Shown: positions 13,993 to 27,994 of the stretch, one piece after another
Layout: the number at the start of each line of letters is the position of its first letter
Numbering within the stretch: the stretch's first letter is position 1
Source: Callorhinchus milii
Taxonomy: Eukaryota
DNA: 60,000 nt
NCBI RefSeq assembly: GCF_018977255.1
Contig: NW_024704742.1
Coordinates: forward strand, 87,608,001 to 87,668,000
Reading direction: 5' to 3'
Translations under genes and position numbers: made by a program
Notes under the pieces: generated by a model
Told to the model about the DNA's origin: nothing
The model's database searches: none
The model's input: the letters and a program-made list of their open reading frames with translations, nothing else

Positions 13993-16900
13993 TTAAAGCG
14001 CTACAAGGTGATGTAAAGTTTTAAGCGCCATGCATACAGTAAATCGTATAATCGCCTAAATCGTACATTCACCCAAGTCCCATTCAGCTTTGAGAAATTT
14101 CGACATATATTGCGGTATGAAAAGCTCTTTCCTTTAGCCTTAAACATCCTGTCTATAGATACTTGCAGTCACTACACTATACAGTAAATCGTATGAGGTG
14201 CTTTCAGACCTCCACCTGACATGAAAGATGCTATATCAAAGAAAAGGAATTTTTTTTATTCGTCCATGCAGTATCAACTGAAATTGTTCCAGGAGTGAAT
14301 TAACTCTGAATGTAAAACATCAAGATTGGTGGACACTTGACAGGCTCCGAGAGACTATCCTGGGTGAAAGTTGCTTTAAAAATGCAAGTTGTTAAAATTT
14401 TTGTGGGGTTCATTAAGTGGTCAACATCTGAAGATCAGCAACCAAAATCATTTCCCCTTCAGAACAAAAGATAGTTAAATCCAAACTATTCAACCTTTCT
14501 ATATCCATCGTAATAGCTTTTGTGATTTACTAAATGGTGATAGCAGGCATTGTTAATTGGCTAGTATTGGAATAACAAGGATCTGTCCGAATGAACTATC
14601 TCGGAGAGACAGCCTCTTATTTGCTGGTGGTTTGGTTTGCTTGTGTTTTCTCTTTCTCTTTTTAAACAATATGGCCCACATGCCAAACAATTGCACAGCC
14701 ACAACGTAGCCGAGAGGTACTTGGCTCAACCGAGATGCCCGATTGTTCATTAAATTCAGATTAAATGAGATCAGCTTGGGATCATTGCCCTTAACAGAAG
14801 GAGAAGAAGAAGAAAATTGTCAGCCTGCCAACTTGCCTGAAAGGGAGCCCTGAAACAGACTAGAATTTCTCCCCTCAGTTTTTGGTTCCCTTTTTTGTTC
14901 GTAGACCTTTCCAATTGCTCAATGCTGGAGGCTGAAGGGAGCTGGTGAACCAACGAGCATACTCACTGAGCTCAGCTCACCTGCGCCTGGACTGCCATTG
15001 ACTCTCCAATAGCATTGAAACAAAATCCTCGTAAATATGTTCTTTTGGGTGGGATAGTGGGGACATCAAGCGGACTGGATAATAATAATCCTTGCATTTG
15101 ATATAGCGCCTCATCACGTCTTCGAGATGTCTCAAAGTGCTTCACAGAATATACTGTAAAGTGAATTGACTGGATGTGGAGGTCACAGGAAGTTCAGTGG
15201 ATAGCAAAGCTTATCGATTACTCTGTCTCACTGCCAGGCTATCACCTCGCTGAGAAAATAACTGAGGCTGTAGCAGAGGATCTAAGCTAATACGGCATGG
15301 GAGGGGAAGAAACTTGATGTGAGAAATGCAGAAAATAAAATAACCTTGACTGGTGTGGAGTATAAACATCAGCATGGACTTGTTAGGCCGCATGGCGTTT
15401 CCATGCTGCACTTTTTTCTATTAATCTATTTTTGTAGAGCAGATTGGTGACCCTCCTCCAAATTCACCGAACTGTGGATAACAGCCTAACATCCCTTTGC
15501 AGTTTGTGGGACGTTGCCGGTGCAGATTGGCTGCTGTATTCGTCTACATAACAAACGGTCACTATACTTCAAATAACACATTGTTTGAAGTGTTTTGCAA
15601 CATTTCGAATGTGATAGGCACTGTTTCAAATACAAATGTTATATTTTACCAGCACACATTGCATAACAACGGTTTACGTTAGTTGGACTTGCTGTATAGT
15701 GCTAAAGATTCCTGTTTTTTGTCTTTCATTATTTAATAAAAATTAATTTCATAAGAGGGGGAAATCTTAGGCAGGTTTCGTTACTCCACACGCCTCTATT
15801 TACCTAGCAGTAAGTAGGACTTTAGTCGTTAGTCGACTTGTGGATCACTTCCCGGAATAATAATCCCTTCCCCCAAAAAATAACAATTTGGTCACTCAAT
15901 CCACGACTGTTTGTGGGACACTGCTGTGTGCAATTGGCTGCTGCGTTTCACCCACAAAATAGAGAGAATCCACTTAACAATATATTCTGTGAAGCGCTTT
16001 GAGACATCTCGAAGATGTGATAAGGTGCTATATTAAATGCAAGATTATGATTATTAATACACATCTAGCCCTGAAAGTGCCTTCAATACTTTGACTAAAG
16101 ACCAATTATGCTCACAAAATTAGTCGGGGAATAAAGGGGTTTAATGTTTCATATACGCTTTGGCAGAAATTAGTAATTATTATAATAACCTTTGCATTTG
16201 ATAGTGTCTGAATGTACTTCAAAGAGTTTTCTACAAAATGTAATGACTGCATACTTGCAGGCTAATGTAGCAGTCAATTTGGACCAGCAATGTCCAACCA
16301 ATAACCATGAAGTGAAGGACCAATTTTTTTTCTCTCTTGGGGATTGCAAGCTGGGGCACTGGGAGAAATCCCTTCTCTTTCCGCATAGTGTTATGGGATC
16401 TTTAATGCCCACCTGAACAGGCAGATAGAACCTCATCCAAAGGACGACACATTGAACAAAGCAGCTCTCCCACAGCACTGCACTGGAGTGTCAGCCTGGA
16501 CCCTGAGCTCAAAGTTTTATGTTTTCCTTATGCTATGCTTTTGGGAGAGGGAACGCCGAAGTTGTTGTATATTCAAACTGAAAAAATCTGAAGGAATGCA
16601 TGGATACACTCATAGGAGAAAAAAATTCACTACCTTGGCAACCGAAAAGGAAATTTGAAAAAGACCTGTCCCATCTCTCTTATCTGCCCTTTCCTTTTAG
16701 CCAGTCATCACATTCCAGTTTGGAGTTATGTGAGTGCGGTAATAATTAATTATACCAGCCGAGTAATAATTAATTATACCAGCCGAGTAATTTACCCAAA
16801 GTAAAATGTATTTATTTTGGGTTTATCATTATACATTACGGTAAAATTCAGCACAGTACAGTCTGAGGTCTGTTGTACGTACTTCTTTTAGAAGATACAG

Positions 16901-19454
16901 CACTGCTCGTTCCCCTTTTATAAGCCAATACAATGTTCCTGACTGCTTCACTGTACCTCATGTACTGGGCAGCGCACCAGCAGGACCATTGGTAGTCACT
17001 GCAGGCTGGCTGGGCGGTTCAGAGCTACACCTTTTTACCATCTGAAATTCGCCATGTTAAGATGTTGGTGAGCTTTGGGAATTTTCCAAATTTCTGCACC
17101 ACCTTACAGTTTTTTATTCTTCTCCTTGAATTTGATATCATGTCAGGAGGATGTCTCAAAGCACTTCACAGGATATACTGTAAAGTGGAGTCACTGTGTA
17201 TTTTGTGGGCCAGCGCAGTTAACCATGTGGTTTTCAGACCTTAATCGCTCGCTACAGCTCAACGTCTCAAGGGTCTGGTAAGTGCAAGTCTGTCACCAGA
17301 GGGGCATTGTGGAAGAGAATGGCCAAACTAGAGTGATCGCACCAAAAGGAGGGATGTAATTGTCATCAGCATGAATTATAAACGTATCAACACGAATCTC
17401 AGCTGAATTTCCTTTACAGCTTTCAAACCGCATTTCACCACGTGAAAGTAGGAAATAATACTATTGTTTTTTTATTTGCTGAAATGGTTACAGCCTGGCA
17501 TATTAAACGGAGGCAGTGGTCTTGCCCAGTCTGCCCCCATCATTGAGGTGCTCTCAACAGTGAGTTTGGGGGTTTGATCACCGACAGTTTCGAACTTCTT
17601 GATCGTGGATTGCCTTAATCCCTGAGTGCCCACAAGATAGACTATACCTCAATGATTGCTCTACTGGCACAGTTAAACTGTACTGTTCAGTTTATTTTTA
17701 GTATGGGATGGATGTGATTGGCTGCATTTTGAACCCAGTGTTTGCACTGTGGCCAGTTTCCGCTTTCAGGCTGTATTTTATTAAACTATTTGAAAATTGA
17801 TCTTGATGTTTTGTCACGTGTATCCATAGAACCATCAAAAATTACAACACAGGAAAAAAGCCTTTCGGTCCATCCTGCCTGTGCCGGCTCTCTAAAAGAA
17901 ATCCATTCGGTTTCATTTACCAGCCTTTTTCCCATACCCCTGGAGATTGTTCTTTAAGTATTTATCTAGTTTCCTCTTGAAAGCTAATGTGGATCTTGTT
18001 TTGACCACCACAACAACAGCAAAATTACACATAGAGCGCCTTTCACTTTGGGAGGACGTCCCAAAGTGCTGAACAGTCAGGTGTCAGGGCCCGAGCATGA
18101 GGGAGGGGTGGTGTAGGGGTGAGGGAAGTTAGAGAGATGGGACGGAAACCAAAGGCACAAACGGCAGGGAACGGAAACCTCCTAACCCTCCCCATTACAG
18201 AAGCTCCGTTCATAGGCAGTGGCTGATTGGGAACAAATTAGAATGAATTTTGCTGCTGAAGTTCAAGCTCTGTGGGGCTCATTATCAAATGCAAGGATTA
18301 TTATTGTAACTCTTCCAAGACACTTAGTAATGGTTAAGCAAAAATGCAATTTTTTTAATTAAATAAAATCTAGAATTGAGTTTTTAAAAAAAAGGAAAAT
18401 ATTGATAACTTTCTGCGCGTAATATGTTTCATATATATTTTAACCCCTCCGATCCCCATGCCTCGCGCACACATATACACATCATTTCATATATTCTTCA
18501 AGTTAATGTGACAGAAATGCAATAAATGGTGATGCAATAAATTTCTGATGTCAAGAGATAATAAGCAGAATAATCCTTACATTTGATATCGCAGCTTCCA
18601 CTGTTCAAAGCACTTCACAGGATTTTATTGTTAAGTGTAGTGATGATGTGTATTTTGAAGGTGAATTTGGCAGCAGATTTGTGCACAGCAATGTCCTACA
18701 AACAGCCATGAATAATGACCAATTTTATCTGTAGGAATTGTTGACCAGGGCAGTGGGAGGAACTCCCTTCTCTTTCTGAATAGTGATTTAGGATCTTCAC
18801 GAACAGGCAGATTGGACCGCAGTTTAACGTTTCATCCAAAGGAAAGCACCTCTGATAATGTGGTGCTCCTCCAGTAACTATTCGAGTGTCAGCCTAGAGC
18901 GTGAGTTCAGAGTCATGATGTTGGTCTTACACTACACCATGCAAGGCATCATCTGGAGCCATTCAGAGAGCTACAGACTCCACTTACACCACTCTTGAGC
19001 TAGGCTGTCAACCTGGTTCAGTTGATAGCACACTCACCTCTTAGTGAGACTACTGAGCGTTCAAGCCCCAGGTCAGGACTTTGAACTCACTATGCAGGCT
19101 GACACTAATACATTGCTGGGGTAACCTCCATTGAATTGCCATCTGTTGATGAAACATTAAACTGAGGTCTCATCTGCCTGTTCACACGGATGTTTTAAAG
19201 ATTAGATGGCACAGTTCAAAATCTCAATATCCTAGCCAAATTCCTCCAGATAAAGTTGGTCACTCAATTCTTGGGTGTTCGCTATATTTGTTTACAAATA
19301 AACTTAGAATTGTAAAATCCTGTAAAGAGCATTGGTAATTTTTGACGACATAATAAAGTGCAATATTGAATGCAAATATTATTAGTTTACATTATTCAGA
19401 TTAGAAACTCAGCTTGTGGAAACTCTCAATCTACGCATTTATTACATCTAGACC

Positions 19455-19811
19455 TGTGGAGTCCTGTAGCTCAGTGATTAGAGCACTCACCTCGCAAACG
19501 AGAGACCTGGGTTCGATTCCTGGCAGGGCACAACCTAAGTGAAATTTCTTTACTCCACATGTCTCTGTTTCCCTAGCAGTAAGTAGGAACCCGATTGTTA
19601 GTCAATTGGCGGATCGCTTTTCCTGGGATAATAATTATAATGTCACTTCAATCCACGACTGTTTGTGGGACACTGCTGTGCACAATTGGCTGCCGCATTT
19701 CACCCACAAAGTATACAGTCAATTCACTTTCCAGTATGTTCTGTGAAGTGCTTTGGGATTTCTAGAAGATGTGATAAGGCGCTATATCAAATGCAAGGAT
19801 TATTATTATTT
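19455..19811 (+). mobile_element. full-length tRNA-derived SINE
   Basis: Head TGTGGAGTCCTGTAGCTCAGTGATTAGAGC, B box GGTTCGATTCC, shared core and (ATT)n tail. An L2 3' fragment follows to about 20087. Confidence 0.92.
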
Positions 19812-21911
19812 AGGCTCGACTACCCCAACTCCCTGCCTTCAGCCTCTCTGCTCCCACCCTCTGGAACTCCATCACACAGTCTCTTTGCCTCACTCCCTCG
19901 CCCTTCAATGCAAGTCTCAAGACCCTCCTCTTCAACTGCGTCTTCGGTCACCCTCCTACCCCTACTCTCACTGCCCTCCACCCCTCCTGATCCCAATCCC
20001 CTGCTTGGGTCCAAATCTCTGACTGTCCAGCGCTTTGGGACATCCTCCCGATGTGAAATGGGCTACATAAACGTAATTTTTTGTTGTGCGGTGCACCAAG
20101 TGAGTATTGGGCTCGGCTGTAGTGCTGTCTGCTCTTACAGTTAAATACTCTGCCAACACTCAGTGCCCACGCACACGCATGTAAGTACCCTAAAAGCAGA
20201 GTGTAGAATTGGCCCACAGCATGAGTCAATACCTTTGGGTGAGAAGAAAAGTCAAAAAGTTGCGAACTCTTCATTGTGGTCTCGTAACTGACCCGGACAA
20301 TGGTTTTCTGTGTAATCGGTAGCGTTGTGCTGCATAATTTGGTCTCAGTCCAGGATAAAAGATAGTACCATGGCTGGAATCAAGTGTACAGTATAATTGG
20401 GGAATTAGCTAGCAGTTTACAAAAGATTATTGAAAAGCAAGATAAAAATATGTTCGCGGCAGAGCTTGAGCGAGTGAGAATGAGCCTCTGTGCTTCATGC
20501 TGCTGATCTATACTCTCCTTCAAAGTTGACCTCAACTTTGTTCGGACATCCAAAGTTTTCAGTTCAGATTTGTCCTGACAAGAAGTGGAAAAGTCACAGC
20601 GGGTTCATCAAAATTGCAGACCTTTATGAGGCTGGTAGAGAAATACAGTTCAGCCCTGAGCTGACATTATAGTTTCAGAATTCCAAACAGTCCCAGGCTT
20701 TAAGGCCATTTAAGATTGCACAGAATTGTGGAAAATTGCTAAATTATGAAGTCTGTTTTCTGCTGTTCTTTTTAAAATAAAGTCTCCAATTTAAGATTGA
20801 ATTGAAGAATTTTCCATATTCCAGCGTAAATTTTAAGATGCGATACTTTCACTCTTTTAGACGAGTTGGAATTTCAGGCCTATAACTCAGCAGGTTTTAC
20901 AGGCAGCCCCGAGGAGAATTGATGTTTACATAAATAAAAATTGATGTTCCCCTACAAATACAGTCACTACATTTTACAGCAAGGCTCTTTGAGATGTTAC
21001 GACAATGTGAAAAGGCTCCATAATCAAATGCAAGGATTATTATTATATACAGGATGATGTCTATTCTGTATTAATCACGACTAGCATTTAGTTCCTTCTT
21101 TAGTTTCTTAGCAATAATAGTAATCATACTCACATTTGATACAGTGTCTTTTCACTCATAACACCTCACATATAATCTGGTGATTGATCTCATAATAATA
21201 ATCCTTGTATTTGATAGAGCGCCTTATCACGTCTTCAAGATGTCTCGAAGCGCTTCACAGAATATACTGTAAGGTAAATTGACTGTATATTTTGTTGGCA
21301 AAAACAAAGTAATGTAAGCAAACGAAGGCCAATATTAAAAGTTTTTGTTATAAATCAAAAATTATGATTATAATTTTTTTGGACTGATATGCCAGATATA
21401 TATAGTTCTTTTTGGTCAGCCATCTGACAATTCCAAACCAAACTGAGATCCATATACACAATACAAATTTCATTTGTATAGCGCCTTTCATGTCCCAAGG
21501 CGCTGGACAGTCAGGGATTTGGACCTGAGCAGAGGATAGTGGAGGGTAGGAGGGTGGCTGAAGGCTCAGTCGAAGAGGAGGGTTTTGAGACGCGCCTTGA
21601 AGGAGACAAGAGAGGAAGGCAAAGGGACCGTGGGGTGGAGTTCCAAATAATAATCCTTGCATTTGAAAGGGTGAGGGCTGAAGGCCTGACGGCCGATGAT
21701 AGGAGGGGTCGGACGGGGGACGTGGAGCAGGTCACAGCCTGCTGAGTGGAGGGAGCGGACAGGTTGATATGGGGTCAGCAGGTCCCAATATTGGGGATGG
21801 GAAAGCTGTGGAGGGCCTTGAAGGCGAGGATAAGGATTTTGAATTCTATCTAAATGTTTGACACCGACACATAAAGATTTCCCTGGATCTAAAATGGAAT
21901 GTGTACTCTCT

Positions 21912-23146
21912 GGGACAGTGAGGTCATCACTACACCCGGGACAGTGAGGTCATCACTACACCCGGGACAGTGAGGTCATCACCACACCCGGGACAGTGAG
22001 GTCATCACCACACCCGGGACAGTGAGGTCATCACTACACCCGGGACAGTGAGGTCATCACTACACCCGGGACAGTGAGGTCATCACCACACCCGGGACAG
22101 TGAGGTCATCACTACAGTGAGGTCATCACTACACCTGGACAGTGAGGTCATCATCACACCCAGGACAGTGAGGTCATCACTACAGTGAGGTCATCACTAC
22201 ATCTGGGACAGTGAGGCCATCACCACACCCGGGACAGTGAGGTCATCACTACAGTAAGGTCATCACTACACCCGGGACAGTGAGGCCATCACTACAACCC
22301 GGGACAGTGAGGTCATCACCACACCCGGGACAGTGAGGTCATCACCACACCCGGGACAGTGAGGTCATCACTACACCCGGGACAGTGAGGTCATCACTAC
22401 ACCCGGGACAGTGAGGTCATCACTACACCCGGGACAGTGAGGTCATCATCACACCCGGGACAGTGAGGTCATCACTACACTTGGGACAGTGAGGTCATCA
22501 TCACACCCAGGACAGTGAGGTCATCACTACAGTTGGGACAGTGAGGCCATCACCACACCCGGGACAGTGAGGTCATCACTACAGTAAGGTCATCACTACA
22601 TCTGGGACAGTGAGGCCATCACCACACCCGGGACAGTGAGGTCATCACCACACCCGGGACAGTGAGGTCATCACTACACCCGGGACAGTGAGGTCATCAC
22701 CACACCCGGGACAGTGAGGTCATCACCACACCCGGGACAGTGAGGTCATCACTACACCCGGGACAGTGAGGTCATCACCACACCCAGAACAGTGAGGTCA
22801 TCACTACAGTGAGGTCATCACTACACCCGGGACAGTGAGGTCATCACCACACCCGGGACAGTGAGGTCATCACTACACCCGGGACAGTGAGGTCATCACC
22901 ATACCCGGGACAGTGAGGTCATCACTACACCCGGGACAGTGAGGTCATCACCACACCCGGGACAGTGAGGTCATCACCACACCCAGGACAGTGAGGCCAT
23001 CACCACACCCGGGACAGTGAGGTCATCATCACACCCGGGACAGTGAGGTCATCACCACACCCAGGACAGCGAGGTCATCACTACAGTGAGGTCATCACTA
23101 CACCCGGGACAGTGAGATCATCACCATACCCGGGAAGTGAGGTCAT
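21912..23146. repeat. 26-bp minisatellite array 1 (GGGACAGTGAGGTCATCACYACACCC), roughly 50 units including 17-bp deletion variants
   Basis: Direct head-to-tail repetition with no spacers. Confidence 0.97.
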
Positions 23147-23625
23147 AAGAACCTAAGAAATGCCAGATGAAAAGATAATAATAATAATAATCCTTGTATT
23201 TGATAAAGCGCTTTTCACGTCTTCGAGACGTCTCAAAGCGCTTCACAGAATATATTGCAAAGTGAATTGACTATATTTGTGGGCAAATCGCGGCAGCTAA
23301 TTGCACACAGCAGTGTCCCACAAACAGTCGTGGATTGAATGACCACATTTTTTTTTAAGGATTATTATCCCCAGAAAAGCGAATCGCCAATCGACTAACA
23401 ACCATGTTCTTACCTTCTGCTAGGTAAGCAGAGGCTTGTGGAGTAAGGAAACTTGACCAACATTTCACCCTATCGGGAATAGAAGAAGTCAAAGGAATAA
23501 AAAAGACCAAGTCCATTTAGTTTGCCTTACATCTTCCTGGCGGTTGCATGCACATATGTCCCACACTATCTATGTACTATATCCCATAATTTTATTATTT
23601 CCTAAAAGAAAACTATCTAATCTGT
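23145..23625 (-). mobile_element. CR1 3' end fragment with a nested SINE, between the two minisatellite arrays
   Basis: The tail cataagaacctaagaaatgctagat... is the reverse complement of the CR1 end at about 1630-1748. A minus-strand SINE interrupts it at about 23176-23480. Confidence 0.7.
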
Positions 23626-23777
23626 GTTTGAAAGGGAGGGAGCGAGGCAAAGGAACCATGGGATGGAGTTCCACAGGGTGAGGTTTGAAGGCGGGGGACG
23701 TGGAGCAGGCCACAACCTGCTGAGTGGAGGGAGCGGAGAGGTTGATATGGGGTCAACAAGTTGCACTACAATGATAC

Positions 23778-24391
23778 CATCACTACAGTGAGGTCATCAC
23801 TACACCTGGACAATGAAGTCATCACTCCAGTGAGGTCATCACTACACCTGGGACAGTCAGGTCATCACTACACCTGGGACAGCGAGGTCATCACTACACC
23901 TGGGACAGTGAGGTCATCATTACACCTGGGACAGTCAGGTCATCACTACACCTGGGACAGTCAGGTCATCACTACACATGGGACAGTGAGATCATCACTA
24001 CAGCGAGGTCATCACTACACCTGGGACAGTGAGGTCATCACTACACCTGGGACAGTGAGGTCATCACTACAGTTAGGTCATCACTACACTTAGACAGTAA
24101 GGTCATCATTACAGTGAGGTCATCACTACACTTAGACAGTAAGGTCATCATTACAGTGAGGTCATCACTACACCTGGGACAGTGAGGTCATCATTACAGT
24201 GAGGTCATCACTACACCTGGGACAGTGAGGTCATCACTACACCTGGACAGTGAGGTCATCACTACATCTGGACAGTGAGGTCATCACTGCACCTGGGACA
24301 GTGAGGTCATCACCACACCTGGACAGTGACGTCATCACTACACCTGGACAGTGAGGTCATCACTACATCTGGACAGTGAGGTCATCACTAC
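23778..24391. repeat. minisatellite array 2 of the same family (GGGACAGTGAGGTCATCACTACACCT), roughly 25 units
   Basis: Same unit with CCTGGG in place of CCCGGG, plus 25-bp and 17-bp variants. Confidence 0.95.
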
Positions 24392-25798
24392 CATCCAACC
24401 TCTACCATGTACAGGATACTTTCAGCGCTGACTTTTTCAGAGTAAAGTATTGCTCCGACATTTGCTAAATATAAATGGAGCATTTGGCTTGGATCCATTC
24501 TGGACCTACATAGCCATGTATAGAATTGGAAAAGGCCATTGTGTATATCTCTGGCTGGCTGGTCACAAAGTTTTTTTTTAAAACAATGAAATGATCTTAC
24601 TGCCCTCCTCTCCAACAGCCCTCAAGTGATGTCTTCGCTAAATAACATTGGAACTCCATCTTGAGTTTGCTGACACAGTCTCTAGCCCCATCAACTCTCT
24701 AAGTCGTCTATTCTACGTACTTGCAATTCTCTGTACACCTTCCCTCACCTGAACTTGAGTCCATGTCCTCCTTGCTTTATATTTCCCCCCCCCACGTTGA
24801 ACGTATTGTTAAGGTTTAGTTTTTCTTTGCCCTTTTGGATCTTGCATACTTTAATAAGATTTACCTTTGACATTATGCAGAGGTTTTTTTTAAAAAAATG
24901 ATGCCACAAAGAGTGAACCCACGTTTATATTCAGAACGTATCAGTGCTGAGCTGAAGTATCTTGGCAAGTGCCAAAACTGGTCCTTTACACCAGTCATTT
25001 CGTTCACGTTGTCTTGTGGGAGAAACAAATTGTTCTTTCAGTTCTGATTGTGTGTCCAGGGGATAGCATGACACGAGTGAAATTCAAGGCTGTTTGCAGG
25101 CTTCGGGGGATCATGAACCAGGCTGAGGAACAATGCTATCAGGGCAGTGATAGAGTGGAACAGGGGAGGGGCCCCAGCTTTGGCCAACAAACAATTAAGA
25201 CAAAGTGACAAGTGCAGATGCAGTTTTAATATCGCAGTTTATTGTCTTTTTTTGTTTTGGGAGAAACAAGAAATGTCTGATTGAAAGCTTATGTGCAGAG
25301 TTAAAAGACTAAATACAACTTATGATAATAATAATACTTGCATTTGATAAAAACGCCTTATCACGTCATTGAGATGTCTCTAAAGTTTATTCGGATGAAG
25401 AATATTGATTGAATGAGTTTCTTGCACCAGTTTTCATATCTTTTTTTTGTATCTTCCAGCGCCATTTAACTCTTGTACTCTTTTTATTCTGTTGTGAAAC
25501 AGCCTGCTTTTGGGATGTGGGGAGGAAAGTGAAAGGAATTGAAATCAAGGATCACAAACCGTATGAAGTACAAACTGTTAGCGAATCGCTTCCGGACTGT
25601 ACAGCATTTCTCAGTGATAACCTCACTCACACGGTACAACATTCCAGAGCCTTACTCACAGGCGATGTTATCAGGATGTACTACGTCAGCAGTAATATTT
25701 GGTTCTTCCGGAGTGGGAATGTGTTGGGGGTGGGGGGGCTGTGGAGGGAGGAGAGAGGAGATACCCTTTCAAAACGCCCTTGAACTGGCACTAATGTA

Positions 25799-26415
25799 AG
25801 CCTGGCTCAGTTGATAGCACTCTCGACACTTACAATATAAATTATATTTATATAGCGCCTTTCGGTTGGAAGGACATCCTAAGGCCCTGGACAGTCAGGG
25901 ACTTGGACACAAGCTGTGGATCGGGGAGGGTAGGAAGGTGGCTAAAAGCTCGGATTTTGAGAGGCGCATCGAAGGAGGCAATGGAGGGTGCGAGGTGAAG
26001 GGAATGTGGGATAGAGTTCATAGGGTGGGGGCAGTAAGGCTTAAGGCCCGGCCGCCGATGGTGAAGTGGGCCGGACAGTGAATATGGAGCAGGCCAGAAC
26101 CTGCTGAGCGGAGGAAGCTAACAGGCTGATATGGGGTCAGCAGGTTGCAGAGGTAGGGAGGAGCAAGGCAGTGGAAGGTGTTGAAGGTGAGGATGAGGAT
26201 TTTGAACTCTATCCTCTGGAGGATAGGGAGCCAGTGGGGCTGGCAGTGGAGGTGATGGGGTCACGGAGCCTCGGGCCAGAGAGGACTTGAGCTGCAGAGG
26301 TCAGGATGATCTTTGTCAGAAGGATGTGGGTTCAAGCCACATGTTAGGATTTTGAGCTCACAGTTGAGGCTGATGCTCTAGTACAGTGTTGGGGGAGCGC
26401 TGTGTTGGCAGACTG
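25799..26415. mobile_element. older SINE head split by a minus-strand L2 3' fragment
   Basis: agcctggctcagttgatagcactctc at about 25799 resumes as gtcagaaggatgtgggttcaagcc at about 26314. Uninterrupted versions of this SINE occur at about 11170, 19005 and 30577. Confidence 0.65.
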
Positions 26416-27707
26416 TGTGACTTGGTCCGAGAAATCAGCCTTCCCATTGCCTGAAAATAATGGGAATCTGGCCTCAAGCTTGGCTTTCCATCTCGTGGAG
26501 GTGGGGTGAAAACACCTTCTCTTCTCTCCCTCCCCTCGCATTCCCCTACCTCCTTCCAGTCCACCATCTTCACCTCTCCTGTTCCCTCCCATGTCATTTG
26601 TAATAATAATCCTTGCACTTGATAAAGCATATTTAATTTTGGGATGACATTGCAAAGCGCTTGCCGTACATACTGTAGTGACCGTGTGTTTTGTAGATGA
26701 ACGTTGAAACATCGCAACAGCTACAAACGAGGCGAGGGAGGTTGTGAGTGGAGAGTAAAGTATTGCTAGCAGGAGGGAAGGCCAGAGGGAGACTGGCCCT
26801 AGGCCGCTCTTCTGCACCCCTGGTGGCTGGTCTTAGAGATAAATGTAGAAACCTGTTCTTTTTGGTCAGCCGGGTGTCTGACACACGTGGAAATCCATCA
26901 CCATGCTTAAGAGCATCCAAACCAATCTTGAAAATTCCATCCCACCTCAACATAAAAATCCCAGAGATAGATTGTTGGAATGGAATGTGCACTCTCTCCC
27001 TGGAGGGACTCATCCTGTTCATCTAATTCTGGAAAATATTAGGCGCAGGTTGGCAAGAGCCAAGGCTTGGGTACGCCAGAGTGTGCTTTGGCGTAACTGC
27101 TGGAGTCTAACCAGCTAAAACCACAATCCTTGCCATTGATATTGCTCTCAGGCAAGCTTTCCGGCTGCTTGTCTAGTTTGGACCACTCTTATCTGTTAGG
27201 GCTTTGGCTTGTAGGGTTAACAGAAGCTTAGGGTTAACAGGAGCTGAGTGTGAAGATTCCCTTCTCCCAGTGACTTGTCTGCCCTTCCAGGACCTGCCGA
27301 TGAGCCCGGCTATTGTTGTTGTAGTTGGTGAGAGAGAAAGGAGGCCTTCAATTCATCGAATCAGCCAGTGACGTCTCGAAGACGTGATAAGGCACTATAT
27401 CAAATGCAAGGATTATTATTACAATAAAATATTTGAAAATATTTTAAATAATTTTAAGTACTGAAACTCTTTATAATATAGTTTAGTTTTATAGAGCAAC
27501 TTTCACATTGGGGAGGATATCTCAAAGTGCTATACACCCCACTGCCGTGTTCCTGGAGCGTAACTTCTTCAACACCTTTGCCTTCACTGTTGCTTGAAGG
27601 TGTATTTAAAAGACTGGTGCATTGTCACAGCGAATGCCTTTGACACCCTGTTCTGTAGTCACAGTGAATTGAATGCCTTTGACACCCTGTTGTCTTCTGT
27701 TTTGCAG

Positions 27708-27994
27708 AGGGGCGCTTGCATCTTCAGGACATTCCATCTATAACCAGCAGAGGGCACCTGGAAGCCACCCCGGACCTGGTAGTGGACTCTTCCTACTACA
27801 GCAACTTTTATCAGCCATCTCTGTACCCAGCTTATTACAACAACCTTTACAACTATCCACAGTACCAGATGGCAGTGGCAGCAGACTCGCCTGCTTCTGA
27901 CGTGGGCTCCACACTGGGAGGGACAACTGTGAAAAACAGCCTTCGGGGGCTTTCAGCGTCCATGGTGACTGGTCAGACAACAAACCAGTGGCAG
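27708..27994 (+). CDS. dmrt1: dmrt1 internal coding exon (exon 3 equivalent, P/S/Y-rich region)
   Basis: Acceptor ttttgcAG at 27706-27707 and donor GTagg at 27995. Open frame (E)[60 protein letters not shown]...VKNSLRGL...GQTTNQWQ matches vertebrate DMRT1 exon 3 as I recall it (EGRMVIQDIPAVTSRGH...NQWQ). Starts in phase 1 and ends in phase 0. Confidence 0.95.

Noticed and set aside
23761..24093. 110-aa repetitive ORF
   Set aside because: It is a translation of the minisatellite, with no splice or homology support.
21912..24391. CRISPR-like appearance of the 26-bp repeats
   Set aside because: The units are head-to-tail with no unique spacers, there are no cas genes, and the context is vertebrate. 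It is a minisatellite.
27632..27691. Short direct repeat GAATGCCTTTGACACCCTGTT just before the dmrt1 acceptor
   Set aside because: It is a small intronic duplication that leaves the acceptor and pyrimidine tract intact, with no evident consequence.
1..27700. dmrt1 exons 1-2 (DM domain) or other genes in the first 27 kb
   Set aside because: No CARCRNHG, KGHKR or VALRRQQAQEEE motifs were found. The short ORFs are TE-derived or random. The region is treated as probable dmrt1 intron 2, and possible conserved non-coding elements cannot be confirmed without alignment.
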